DNA of 63,764 bases, the filler included, from Guillardia theta CCMP2712 (lineage: Eukaryota > Protista > Cryptophyta): NCBI RefSeq assembly GCF_000315625.1. It is 6 parts of 6 records of this genome, joined end to end, with 100 filler letters (N's around TTAATTAATTAA, not from the genome) between each part and the next. Parts side by side here need not be neighbours in the genome. Positions count along the whole stretch, not along the records: positions 17,858 to 45,699 come from NW_005434535.1; 5 more parts are not named here. One strand, 5' to 3'. The notes below the pieces were generated by a model. The model ran no database searches. It saw only the letters and a program-made list of their open reading frames with translations, and was not told where the DNA came from. The translations under genes and the position numbers were made by a program. This document shows, piece by piece, positions 27,226-39,360 of this stretch. Numbering within the stretch: position 1 is the stretch's first letter; every line of letters begins with the position of its first letter.

Positions 27226-28596
27226 GGTTGAACTCGGAATTCCAAGTTTGGCGCGACCGGAGTCTGCGGCGGCGGCCGGCCGCTGGCCGGCGGTACGGTC
27301 CGACGGTACGGTGATCGGACCGCCCGGCCGCCGCCGGGCCCGCCGCCCGGGCCCGGGGCCCGGGGGGCAGGCGGAGTCTTGGAACATTTTTGATAGGTAC
27401 CAGAAGTTTTGATTTCTGTAGGATTTATAAAGTCTCATATAGTTATAGCAACAAAAACTGTTATAATAAATGCATATCCAGTCATATGATGGTAGTAATC
27501 TCATCAGACAAGACTGAAAATAAGATTTATCGCGGTCTTTTTTACATAATATCAATTGTAATCAGCATTCGTACCAGAGCTATTGGTATTGTTTGACTTA
27601 TTTTAAAATAGTTTATGATATATCCTGTTTTTGACACACTTTTAGTCAATATTAGCGACTTTGTGTTCACTTTCGTCTTAATTTGATTGAATGTCAGTTA
27701 ATTTAAGCTATATTGAGGTTATTTCGGAGTCCCTCCTTTCAAAGTTCGTCCCTTTGGGGCTAAAAGTATGGACCGGGAATGAACATGCGCGTGTATGAAG
27801 GGGGCGCGGAGAGAGAGGAGGGAGAGGAGGGAGAGGAGGAGGGGAGCAGGAGGAGGGAGATGCTCAGTAGCGGGGCATCCTTACAAGGGTGCCGGTGTAG
27901 AACGGTGGGAGGAAGAGGCAAGACCGATCCAACCAGTGCATTTCTCGAGGGTAGGGTTAGGCTGCAGTGAGGGATCGATGGAGGACCGAAGGAGAGAATT
28001 GATGCGACAGGTCGGTAGAGAATGCGAGAGGTGGTACACAAGATATGCATCATGAAAAGATGGAGTCTTGGAACTGGTAGCAACTCTCATAAGGAGAAAG
28101 AGAGTGAGCAGGAGCAAAGTGTTGGTGTTTTACAACTGGTAGCTGGAAAAAGGCAGCCACAGTTGCGCTTCCTGATGGATCCGGGTAGTGAGTAATAGCG
28201 GTGCAGAGGAAGACTTGAACTGTTTGTTTTGTCGGAAATGTTGCTTCCCTCCTCTCCTGCTCCACACTAGTTTGCTCAATACTGTAATTTTGAATGGCAC
28301 TGACATTGTGCATGTTTGGCACATGTGTTGTGGAAGGCTCGATCATGTCGAATGACTGAAAGTGCAGGAGCATTGAAAGACTGAACAAAAACCTGAAGAT
28401 AGACTGGCTTACATCTGGCTTGCATCCCCTGAAGCTGAGCACTGCTGACCCCTTTGTCGCCTCCTCCAAACGACCCTCCTCCCTCCCTCCTTGGTTCCTG
28501 GAAAGCATCGTCATCGGTTTCATGTGACTCCGAAGGCTCATTCCATCATATGATCCTACACATGCTGCTGCTCCCATGATCTGAGGAGAAGCGAGC

Positions 28597-30749
28597 ATGG
28601 GAGATTGCAGCCCGCTGGTCCAAGCCGAGGACAAGCCAGACAGCGCGGAGAAGAAGGGGAAGAAGAAGAGGAAGGAGTTTCCTTTCACCCTCGATGTCCC
28701 CGTCATCAGGTCCGAGGCTGCTGAGCAGGAGCAACGAGCATCGCTGCCTGCCTTCACCGGGGAGGAGCAGAAGCCGAAGAAGGACACGCTCTCGAACGAG
28801 ACCACTCCAGAGCCCTCTCCCAAAGTCAGCCTGGCCAAGGCACGATGGAGGAAGGCGATTTGGTACGTCACACAGGAGGCGAAGAAAAGAAGGAGCTCGA
28901 ACTCGTACAGGAGGCTCTCCAAGGCTTACCAGGAGACCGTTCCTCACACCCCGACCTTCGTCTCGGCGCTTAGGAGGAACTCCTCACTCCTCCCGCTCTC
29001 CCCCTACATAGGAACGAAGCCCTCAAGGAAGCTATCTCTGGTCAAGAAAATCATGTGTTCTAAGGATATGAGCATGTCAGTGCCGGATCTGAACGTGCAG
29101 ATGTACCCGAGAAGGAGGAGATCATCCTGGAAACACGTCAGCGCTACCTCTCGACGGTCCTCCTCCAAAACCTCCACAGACCTCCTGATTCCTCCCGTCT
29201 CGCCCAAACGGCTGGACATCACAACCATCCTCAACTCCTCCACCGTCGTCCTCGTCTCCTGGCTGGCTACCTGCTATGTCATGTTCGTCCCCGACCTTCA
29301 TCAGTACCTCAGCTCGTCCCCGCACTACGATACCCTCGTGACCTTTGTGACTCGCTTCTGCTGGACGTTTTTCCTTACCGAGTTCATCATGAGAAGCACA
29401 AACCAGCCGCGCTATATTGGCTCCATCTACTTCTGGCTGGACTTCATGTCCATCGTCGCCATCCTCCCCGACATTCTCTGGATCTCTTCCCTGCAATGGA
29501 CCCTCTCCTACCCTGTCAGGATCGTCGTGCTCGCTCGCTCCTGGCACGCAGCAAGGGCGGGCACGCACATGGCATGCTCTCTTCAGATCCAGCAGAAGCC
29601 CAGGCACGACCGCTCGAGCTTCTGGATCCCCCTCGAGCTGGTTTGGGAGCGCTCGGACGAGGAGTTCACAGACCATGCGCTGCACAGGAGCATCGTGAAG
29701 CGCTGCTGCGCGGCAGTCGCCATTCTCGTCCTCCTCCTCTTCGGACAGGCTAGGATGGCCCCGTCCTTCAACCTCCAGCTGGAAAACGACCTCAAGATCG
29801 TCAGCATCTCCTTCGTGTCCGGAGCTGGGCGGCAGGTGACTGACAGGTCCTTCGGCAAGGTGCTGGACCTCTACGTGGGCGGGTACGAGAGGAGGAGCAT
29901 GCGGCTGCTGTACCTCGAGCTGGACGGGGTGACCGTCTACGGGGACAAGGAGGAGATCAGGAGCATGCGGAGCTACCCCCCGGAGGCGATCGCCATACGC
30001 CTCGACAACTTCGACGGCATGCAGGCCCCCTGCATCGCCCACGTGGAGTTCAGAGAGTCAGCTCGGCTGGCAGCTGGGCTGAGAGCACTGACTGCAGTCT
30101 TCGTGTCCTCCGTCCTCTTCTTCCTCTCATGGAGCCTTGCTGGGATCGTCCGGCACCAGATCGTGCGCCCGCTTGACAGCATCGCCAACAAGATCACCAA
30201 GATGGTCGATACGCCCCTCGAGCCCCTGTCCTGCGACATGCACCTCCAGCCCCAGATGAAGAAGATCGAGAGAGGTCTCTTCAGCCTCGCCCGCCTCCTT
30301 CAGCTGGGCTTCGGCGAGGCTGGGGCCAGCGTCATCTCCCGCAGCCTCGCCACCGGCGCCATGACGGCGCTGGCGACCAACCGCCCTGGCTCGATCGTCA
30401 ACGCCTTCTTCGGCTTCTGCGACATCCGGAACTTTACCTTCCTCACGGAGCAACTGCAGGCAGATGTCGTCAAGCTGGTCAACAGCGTCGCCAGGTTGCT
30501 GCATGACTGTGTGATACGATCCCACGGCGACCCCAACAAGAACATCGGGGATGCGTTCCTGGTGCGATGACGCCAATTTCTTCTTCTCCCTCTTCTCTAC
30601 CTCCTCTTCCTCCTCATTCTCTTCCTTCTCATCCACTCCCTCGCCCTCTCCCTCGCCCTCGCCCTCGCCCTCGCCCTCGCCCTCGCCCTCCTCCTCTTGC
30701 CCCATCCTGTTCACCTCCCTCCCTCCCTCCCTCCCTCCCTCCCTCCCTC

Positions 30750-30799
<50 letters not shown>

Positions 30800-32051
30800 G
30801 CACACGAACACAAACATCACCATCCATGGAGATCGCTGTCGGCGATGGCGTCCTTACGTCGAGTGCATCCTAGAGATGTCGAGAGACGAGCGGCTGAGTC
30901 AGCACATCAACTTGGAGGCTGCGCAGGAGGTTCTTAAGGACGGGCATATGAGGATGGGATTCGGTCTGCACTTCGGGTATCCTTCTCGTCCTCGTCCTGA
31001 TTCTCCTCCACCCCCCCCCCCCTCCATTCTCTTCCTCCTCCTCCTCCTCCTCCTTCTCCTCCTCCTTCTCCTCCTCCTCCTCCTCCTCCTCCTCCTCCTT
31101 CTACTCACCCTCAACTTCACCCCCATCCTCCTTATTGTCCTTCTCATCCTCCTTCTGCTCCTCCTTCGATGTCTTCTTCTCCTCTCTCCTCCCCTTTGTC
31201 ATCCCCTCGACTTCCTCCCCCTCCTCTCCCACTTCCTCCCCTCTCCCCTCCTTGTTCTCCCTGGGGTCTTACTGTGATTGGCTCAGCTGGGCTGTTGAAT
31301 GTGTAATTGGCTCCAAACACAAGGTCGACGTCTCCTATCTCAGGTAACTTGCCTCATGCTCATCATTTTTTTTGTCTCTTCTCCTCCACCAGAACTCCAA
31401 ACGCTCCTTCCTCCTTCACCACCACCACCTCCTCCTCCTCCACCACATCCTCCTCCTTCTCCTCCTCCACCACCTCCTCCTCCCTCTCTCCTCCTTCTCC
31501 TCCCTCTCTCCCCTCTTGTCCTCTCTGACGCCTCCCTCAGCCCGCACGTCAACATGTCCTCTCGCCTCGAGGCAGCCACCAAGCAGTACGGCGTCTCCAT
31601 CCTCATGTCCGGCGACGTCGTCGGCCTCCTCTCCTGGGACATCAAGAGGCTCTGCCGCCTCATCGACCGGGTCACTGTCAAGGGCAGCTCCTCTCCCATC
31701 GACCTCTACACCTTCGACGAGCCCTCGATGCAGAGCAGGGGAGGCACAGTTCCCGACGACATCGACTTTTCCTCCCTCCAGTCCAGCAGAGCCTTCTTTG
31801 AAGTAGCTGCTCCCAGCACAGACGCTGAGTTCCGTCGCGACTTCTCCCGCGCCATCTCCGTCTACCTCGGAGGGCCTGACGGGTCCAAGGCCAACTGGGA
31901 ATGCGCCATGCAGAGGCTCCGGGACTGCCTGAGGAAGCGGCCGGGCGACGGGCCAACCCTGGCGATCCTGCAGTACATGGAGGAGGAGATGGCGAAGCCG
32001 GAGGAGAGCCGCGTGAGGTGGATGGGGTACCGCATGCTTGAGCACAAGTAG
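28597..32051 (+). CDS. Class III adenylate cyclase with N-terminal ion-channel-like transmembrane region (multi-exon)
   Basis: FGFCDIRNFT, NKNIGDAFL, MGFGLHFG|WAVECVIGSKHKVDVSYL|SPHVNMSSRLEAATKQYG and DRVTVKGS. The K (KNIGD) and D (KVD) specificity residues indicate ATP. TM segments such as SIYFWLDFMSIV and GFGEAG are typical of protist channel-cyclases. Confidence 0.88.
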
Positions 32052-34672
32052 CCGCTGGGCCGCTGCGGAGTGACGGTAGGCCGGCCCGCCACTGTGATCA
32101 CTGGTGCACACTGGGCTCCCGGGAGTCCGGGCGGCCGCCGAGCACTGTGACTCTATGACGCAGCACTGTCATCAGTTGCCGCCGCGCCGTTGTGCAGGCT
32201 TCCGGCGGCGGACAGTCACTGCCGACGGTCCGATCCGACTGTACACGGCACTGCCGGGCCGGCACTGCTGCAGTGTGTCGGCCCCGGACGGTGCCAGGGC
32301 ACCTTACCGTCTAGCGGTCTGAGGGCAGGGCCTCCGACGGTTTCACTGAGTTTTGCCTCCGATGATTGAATGAATTCACGGTAAATTAGTACGGCCCCTG
32401 TGTACTAGTGCGGCCCGGCGGGCCGGGTACCGCCGGTATCCGGCGGCGTACCGGGGACGGTACCGTACGGTACGGTTCGGGGCCAGTGTCACGCGGCCAT
32501 GGTGACGGTCCGACCCCGGTGGGCTCAGCCTGGCAGGCTGATTGGACGAGGGGCCGCGGCTCAGCACCACGGCACTGTCCCGGCCCGGTCCGGGCGAGGC
32601 CGGGGCGGCCCGGCTCAGTGACTAGCAGCTGACTGAGTCAGCCGCGGGTCCGCACTGCCGCTGAGTGCGGCACCGTTCAGGCTGCGGCCGCGCGCCTGAA
32701 GCTCGGTCACCCGGCAGCCTGCCAGTGTGCCCGGTCTGGAAACTTGAAAACTTGATCTCCACCTTGCGGCGCCTCCAGTCTGACTTGGGCGGGTCACCCC
32801 GCGTTCAACTTCAGTGACAGTGCCTATGAGCGCGAGTCTCACGGATCAGTTCAGAGGCCCTTCCCGGAGTCCGGGCGTGGCGGCCGGGCGGCAGGACTCC
32901 CCGGACTCCGGGACGCCGGTGCAGCGGCGGCGCCCGGGCCCGCTCATGGGCCACAGCACGCCGCGCCGCGCGGCGGGCTCAGTTACCCAGTACCGTAAGT
33001 TAAATGGCTCGGATGAAAGTTTCCTCGTACTGATTTTTAACTTAACTTTGAGTTAACACCGGGTGACTCAGTGATCGTCGAAGCAAGTTCCGAACTTGAA
33101 GGTCACCGGTCGACCGACTCCCTTGTGCTGAGTAACCGTTGAACAGTACCGACTCCCTTGTCCGGTACTGTTACTGTTACCGTACCGTAGTACTACTACT
33201 GTTCCTACCGTGCTGTTACTAGTTAACTTAACTTTGAGTAAAGTTACTACTGTTTCCGGCTGCTGTTCCTTGCGAACTCTCCGGGTCTCATAGCGTCCGA
33301 TCGGACTCTTGCGCCGGTCGGAGTGACATAGACCGCCCAAATCAATACCCCCACCCTATTTCATCATGTACTACTACCCCTACTTCCTATATGAAATTAC
33401 CCCTACTGAGTAGGGGTAATTTCTGGACAGAGGTACCCCTCCTTCCCAAAGGACAAGTTAGGACTGCTTCAACTTATGGAGCAACAATGCGAACCGCTGC
33501 GAGTCAAAAGGGACAAAGGTTCTAGTACCCCACCCTTCAAATCTACAATTATATGCACGCCCTTACTGGTGGGTCCCAATACTGACTGCTATCAGCCCTT
33601 GTATTCCCAGAGGAATCAGGTGGTGGGGTAGTCCAAGGAGGCCCGAAATCCCTAAATTTGATCAAAGTTGAATGTACCCCCCCGAATATAGCGAAAAGCA
33701 GGGGTAAAGAGTAGGCAAAAATGGTTCCTCTGAGGCAGGCCCTGAAATACTTTAGTTAACTCAAACAGCCGCAACCGAAAGAGCAACCCTTCGGCTGCGA
33801 TGTCTACCCCTACCTTGGAGTGGAGAAGTACAGATTTTTGGTGGGTGGGGGTTATCGGCCGTCTCAGAGCCGTGATAGACAGAGGTGACAGTTTACTACT
33901 AGCTCTGGCTGACGGATGACTCGATCGAAGCGCCCTCTTGTCCACTACCCCCTACCCCTCCTTGGAATATCCACCAGGTGTAGTTCATCGTATCGTAGAT
34001 GATCCGAAAGGGTGGGGTATATAAAATCTCCGGAACTTTTTCTTATATTGTCAAAGGGAAGGGTAGGGTAGCATGGAGGGGTCCATGTGGATGCCATGGT
34101 GGGCCTGAAAAAGAGACGTTTCGGAGCGATATAATTATGAAAACACTCTTATTCATACTCAATATCCATCAGCGGCCTATTCTTAAAACCTATTTTACCC
34201 AAGATGGCGAATCGAGTTTATCGGTTTAGGTTCATTTTAGATGGGGTGGGGGTACGAAGACGTCGCAAGCAAATGGACCGGTACAGAACGAAAAATATGC
34301 TGTAGTACCGGTATTTTATCTGGGAAATATACCCGTAATATGAACAAATATTTCGAAATCTGGTGGGTACTTGGGATACAGTCATTGGTTTTCGGTGGTA
34401 GGGTAGACCCAGTCAAAGGAGCGGAAGGAGGAAAGGATATAAGAGAGGGAGAAATCATCGATTCGAACAAGAAAATACGAGCCAAGAGCGACAGAGCGAC
34501 AGAGTTACAGAGACAGAGACAGAGAGAGGAAAAGGAAGAGGACGGCTGCTGAAGATAAACCAGCTCGGCAGTCCACAAGTCGAGCAGGACGTATCCGAGA
34601 ATTTTCAGTTGCGAAACAATCTTTCGGTTAAGAGGTTTGCTCTAAAATCTTTGCTCTGAGAACTTGGCGAAA

Positions 34673-35389
34673 ATGCACGATCCTATCGAAGCTGATTCAG
34701 CAAATGATGCCGAAGACTGGAACTGCTTTGCTGCCACATTACTCAACTCCATGGGCAGGGAGATTCCGGCATGCATGCTGGTTGACATCTCCCGAGACGA
34801 CTTCCCTGTCGTGTTCGTGTCGGATGCAATGTGCCGGCTAGTTGGGAGGGATCGATCAGAGCTCCTGTCAAGTCGCTGGGATTTCTTCGCGGGAGAATCG
34901 TCGGACTTGGAGGATGTTGAAGCTGTACAAAAAGCGCTTCGAGGATCGGAGCGCTGCTCGCGGTGCGTTCTATCGTACAGGAGTGACGGGAGCTCGTTCT
35001 GGAACCACATCATGGCAGAGCCCGGGATGAAGTACTGCCTGCCCTTCACCTGCTTCTCCTTCCATGACGTCAGCCTGCTGTTCGAGCACGCTTCCTCGTC
35101 ACAGAGTCCATGGAGCGAGGAAGCAGCGCTTGTCCAGTCAGAGCAGGAGGAAGTGGTAATGAAAGCGATGATGACGATGCAGTCCCTGGTCGCTGCTGCC
35201 TCCGACGACGAGTCAATACACGTCGGGTCGAACAGCTCTGTACAGATGTGCTTCGAGGAGCTTTCGGCCGAGAGCGTCACGGTAGATCATCGAGACCCCT
35301 TGGATGACATGGAATTCGACACAACGAGGAGCAAGGGCTTCCATGATGAGACTAGTGATGAGGACTCGTACCTAAGAGAAGTAGACTGA
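34673..35389 (+). CDS. PAS/LOV-like domain protein lacking the photoactive Cys
   Basis: LVDISRDDFPVVFVSDAMCRLVG...ELL...YRSDGSSFWN follows the LOV scaffold, but GxNCRFLQ reads SSRWDFFA. Confidence 0.75.
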   Translation: MHDPIEADSANDAEDWNCFAATLLNSMGREIPACMLVDISRDDFPVVFVSDAMCRLVGRDRSELLSSRWDFFAGESSDLEDVEAVQKALRGSERCSRCVLSYRSDGSSFWNHIMAEPGMKYCLPFTCFSFHDVSLLFEHASSSQSPWSEEAALVQSEQEEVVMKAMMTMQSLVAAASDDESIHVGSNSSVQMCFEELSAESVTVDHRDPLDDMEFDTTRSKGFHDETSDEDSYLREVD

Positions 35390-35869
35390 GCTGACGCATG
35401 TTTCTTGCCTGTGCGATATAACTTGTAAAAATTGTTCGAATGAAAGATCCTAATGAAGCGCTGTCTCAGTCTAAACGGAGTCAAGGAGACCAGAGACATT
35501 TGCACGATCATGAAAACACGTTGAAATGCATTACCTTTGAGCTCATAACCTGTGAAGCTTCGTAATTCTTCATTGTTTATGGGAGCATTGTGGGCTAAAA
35601 TATCAAGAACGGGTTTGCAACCTCGAGTGGCTTTGAACACTGGAAATCTCGACATCACGCAAGATGCTGGGGTGCCCTTCCATCGCTGAATCCCGAGAGC
35701 ACAATGAGCTTTTACATGACATACAAGCAACACAACAATCAACAATGATCTTTTACATGGCATACAACCAATCATTCATTGAAGACGTTTTCAGTCTCAC
35801 GGCAAAGAAACAATGTTCCTCCCCCTCTCGGTGCGTCTCCCTTCCTTCGCGTCTGCCTCACAGCTTGCG

Positions 35870-36890
35870 CTGTGCGATGAAGTTCTTCAACTTCTGCTCG
35901 CTCTTTCGCGACAGCATCAGCGGTCGCACGGCCGATACAAGATCTCAGAATTTTACCGGTTTGCGCGAAACTCCAAGCTTGGCAGCAGTCTTCACCGTTT
36001 GCTCGCATGCAGCTGCAGCGTCGAGACCACAGTCGAGCGTCAACCACTGGAGGAAGCAGCACTTCAGTAGACCGCGCAGATCAGCGGGGGGAGAATAGAC
36101 AGGATGAGCTACATGCAGAAAGAGCAAGGATGTTAAAGTATAACGAACAAATACATCAAGGGCAAGACGGGGATCGCAGCTCCCCAGACAGTCTCTCCGG
36201 AATGGGAGGATGGAAGGGGAGAGGTAAAAAGCATTCTGCGGTGCTTGACAGGATGCAAAGCAATCACAGAACTGAGCTAGGGGGTATCACGACAGAGATT
36301 TCCTCACGTAGGCAAGGACAAGGCCAGTCCTCCCCTCCCCTCCGCTGCCTGACAAGGCCAAAGATCAATACAAAAATCATCATGCACACGCTTGTGATAG
36401 CACGTACAATGAACGACAAGCTTCTCTCCTGCGTTCTTCGCTTCTTTCAGAACTTTCTCGATCTCGTCAGCAGATCCCTCCTGTCGTCACGATCATGGCA
36501 TAACCACGAGAGCATGAAGCGGCATGGACGAGTCAGAAGAGGATGCAAGAATACCTTGTAGACATCAACCAGATGTATTTTGTTCGCTTCGAATCCAGCT
36601 TGAACAACACTCTGCTTGTAGCCCGGGCTCTAGAGTTATGATTATGTAAGCTCAGATGGAAACGAGATGTCTCTCGGGTTCGACCTGAAAGAAGGTATGC
36701 TCCTCCTCATTCAACAAGCACAGGATGTTCTTGATCCCTTGCTCTGACATGAACTTCGCCCACTGCTCCACCATTTCCATCCCAATCGCCCCTGGTTTGT
36801 TGAGATCCTCCGAGGATCCTGTAGGAAGAGGGGCGTCAAAACATGCCATGGCATCAAAATCATCTACAACATCCTCCATATATCTGTATC
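35870..36890 (-). CDS. Protein tyrosine/dual-specificity phosphatase (multi-exon; boundaries approximate)
   Basis: Splicing across about 36408-36349 yields EKLVVHCSGGEGRTGLVLA (HCxxGxGRT). Upstream is EQWAKFMSEQGIKNILCLLNEEE. Confidence 0.8.
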
Positions 36891-37445
36891 CTTGCCGTGC
36901 AACATATATCCAGTTACAATTTTCGCCAATCAAACACCAAAACCACCACATGTGCATTCCCTTTCAAACCCTCCCTCTTGATTTCCTCCTCCTCGTCCTC
37001 CTCGTCCTCCTCGCCCTTCTCCTCCTCGTCATCTTCTTCCTTCTGCCTCTCCTCGTCCTCGTCCTCTCTCTCCTCCTCCTCGTCGTCGTCCTCTCCCCCT
37101 CGTCTTCGTCCTCCTCCTCCTCATCCTCCTCCTCCTCATCCTCATCCTCCTCCTCCTCCTCCTCCTCCTCCTCGTCCCCCTCCTCCTCCCCCTCCCCATC
37201 CTCCTCCTCCTCCTCCTCCTCCTCCTCCTCGCCCTTCTCCTCCTCATCATCTTCTTCCTCCTGCCTCTCCTCGTCCTCGTCCTCTCTCTCCTCCTCGTCG
37301 TCGTCGTCCTCTCCTCGTCCTCGTCCTCCTACTAAGCATAACCTCNNNNNNNNNNNNNNNNNNNNNNNNNNNNNNNNNNNNNNNNNNNNNNNNNNNNNNN
37401 NNNNNNNNNNNNNNNNNNNNNNNNNNNNNNNNNNNNNNNNNNNNN

Positions 37446-37897
37446 GTTGGCAGGAATAGGTTTGGTTCTCGCTGTCTTTGAAGAGTCTCTTCTCGCCGTT
37501 TGGCCAGCCTGTGCGACAACGGTTGTCAGGTTCAAGCCTCCTCGACTTTTTTTAACTTAACTTTGAGTAAAGTTGAGCTGCGAATCAGCGGCCGGGGGCG
37601 GCCAGCCGGGCCCTCACTGAGCCTCAGGGGCAGTCACAGGCTGGCAGTGACCTTACGGCCCTAGTCACCGCGGGGCCCGGCGGGTGCCTACTCAGGCTCC
37701 GGGCGGCCGCCGAGCCATGTGGCGGCGGGGGCGGGCGCCCGCGACTCAATGCGCCGCATGAATAGTTTTCCAACCATCATTGTTACTGACAATGATAACA
37801 AGGGTTGATGAATTAGTAGATGAAAGATCATGTGAAGGTCTTATAAAAAAGGTGGGGAAATACAATGTTATTCCACGCTCCTCCTTGTACCATCATG

Positions 37898-37954
<57 letters not shown>

Positions 37955-39126
37955 CCTCCTGCTCCTCCTCCTCCTGCTTCCACTCCTACTCAGATCTCTC
38001 TCATCACCTGGCCTCTCGCTGCCATGGATCGTTTCTCCTTCTCTCTCGCTGCTCGCTCCGAAGTTGAACTGAGCCATCGCACAGCGCTGGCAACATGTCA
38101 CGGTAGGGGTACTTTTAACCGTTTCGAGGGGGGTGAGGGTGACACTCATCAAGACTTGAGTCAGTCTGGGGCCCCGGCCGGGCCGGGTCACCGGGTGGCA
38201 ATGCCGGGCCCGGGGGCCACGTCAGCCCCGGGCCCGGCCCCAGCATCCCGGCGGCCGCGCCGCCCGCCGGGCGGCGTCCGCGCAGATAGGAACTCCGGAG
38301 TAGACCGGCCGCGGCCAGGGGCGGCGCGTCTAGGTGAGGTGGACGATGCGTTGCGCTTTCTGACGGTGCCACGGTGGCTGGCGGCCCCGGATCGGCGAAC
38401 AAGGAAACGGCAGCGCTGGATGGTCTCTCGGCCTCGCAAGATGTCTCAGGTGATCCGACTTGCAAATGCATCCGGTCCAGGATCTTTCGTCAGCTCAAGG
38501 CCTCCCTGTCCTTCGCTGCCATCCGACAGGCTCTGAGTCTGATCGCGGGTCACCCGGGTGCATCCCGGCCCGTACTGATGCGGCGTCGGTCTCATTCCTT
38601 CCGGGCGGCCGCGGCCACAGCGATATCGCTGGCATGGCGCGGGGGAATTGTCCTGCGCGCAGTTAAGTGAAGGTATCAGTTGGCAGGAATAGGTTTGGTT
38701 CTCGCTGTCTTTGAAGAGTCTCTTCTCGCCGTTTGGCCAGCCTGTGCGACAACGGTTGTCAGGTTCAAGCCTCCTCGACTTTTTTTAACTTAACTTTGAG
38801 TAAAGTTGAGCTGCGAATCAGCGGCCGGGGGCGGCCAGCCGGGCCCTCACTGAGCCTCAGGGGCAGTCACAGGCTGGCAGTGACCTTACGGCCCTAGTCA
38901 CCGCGGGGCCCGGCGGGTGCCTACTCAGGCTCCGGGCGGCCGCCGAGCCATGTGGCGGCGGGGGCGGGCGCCCGCGACTCAATGCGCCGCATGAATAGTT
39001 TTCCAACCATCATTGTTACTGACAATGATAACAAGGTTGATGAATTAGTAGATGAAAGATCATGTGAAGGTCTTATAAAAAGTGTGAAATACAATGTTAT
39101 TCCACGCTCCTCCTTGTACCATCATG

Positions 39127-39183
<57 letters not shown>

Positions 39184-39219
39184 CCTCCTGCTCCTCCTCC
39201 TCCTGCTTCCACTCCTACT
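37446..39219 (+). repeat. About 545-bp direct repeat pair (37446-37990 and 38679-39219)
   Basis: Near-identical; differences are confined to homopolymer-type indels near 37800-37860. Confidence 0.9.
38320..38805 (+). mobile_element. 3' relic of a non-LTR retrotransposon, possibly with a C-terminal restriction-like endonuclease (CRE-like)
   Basis: Broken coding trace RL..DDALRFL..ANKETAALDG..IRSRIFRQLKASLSFAAIRQALSLIAG, followed by non-coding sequence and the recurrent end motif. The family call is from remembered similarity only. Confidence 0.45.
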
Positions 39220-39360
39220 TCATCAGATACCTCGAATCAGATACTGGCATCCAGCAAGCACACATTCATCCTTCAACCCCAGGAAAGGCTGACAAGAGAC
39301 TTGATGCTAAGAAGCAAATCCTAGAGATGACGTTGTACCGTACTAATCAGCATTTCTGAA

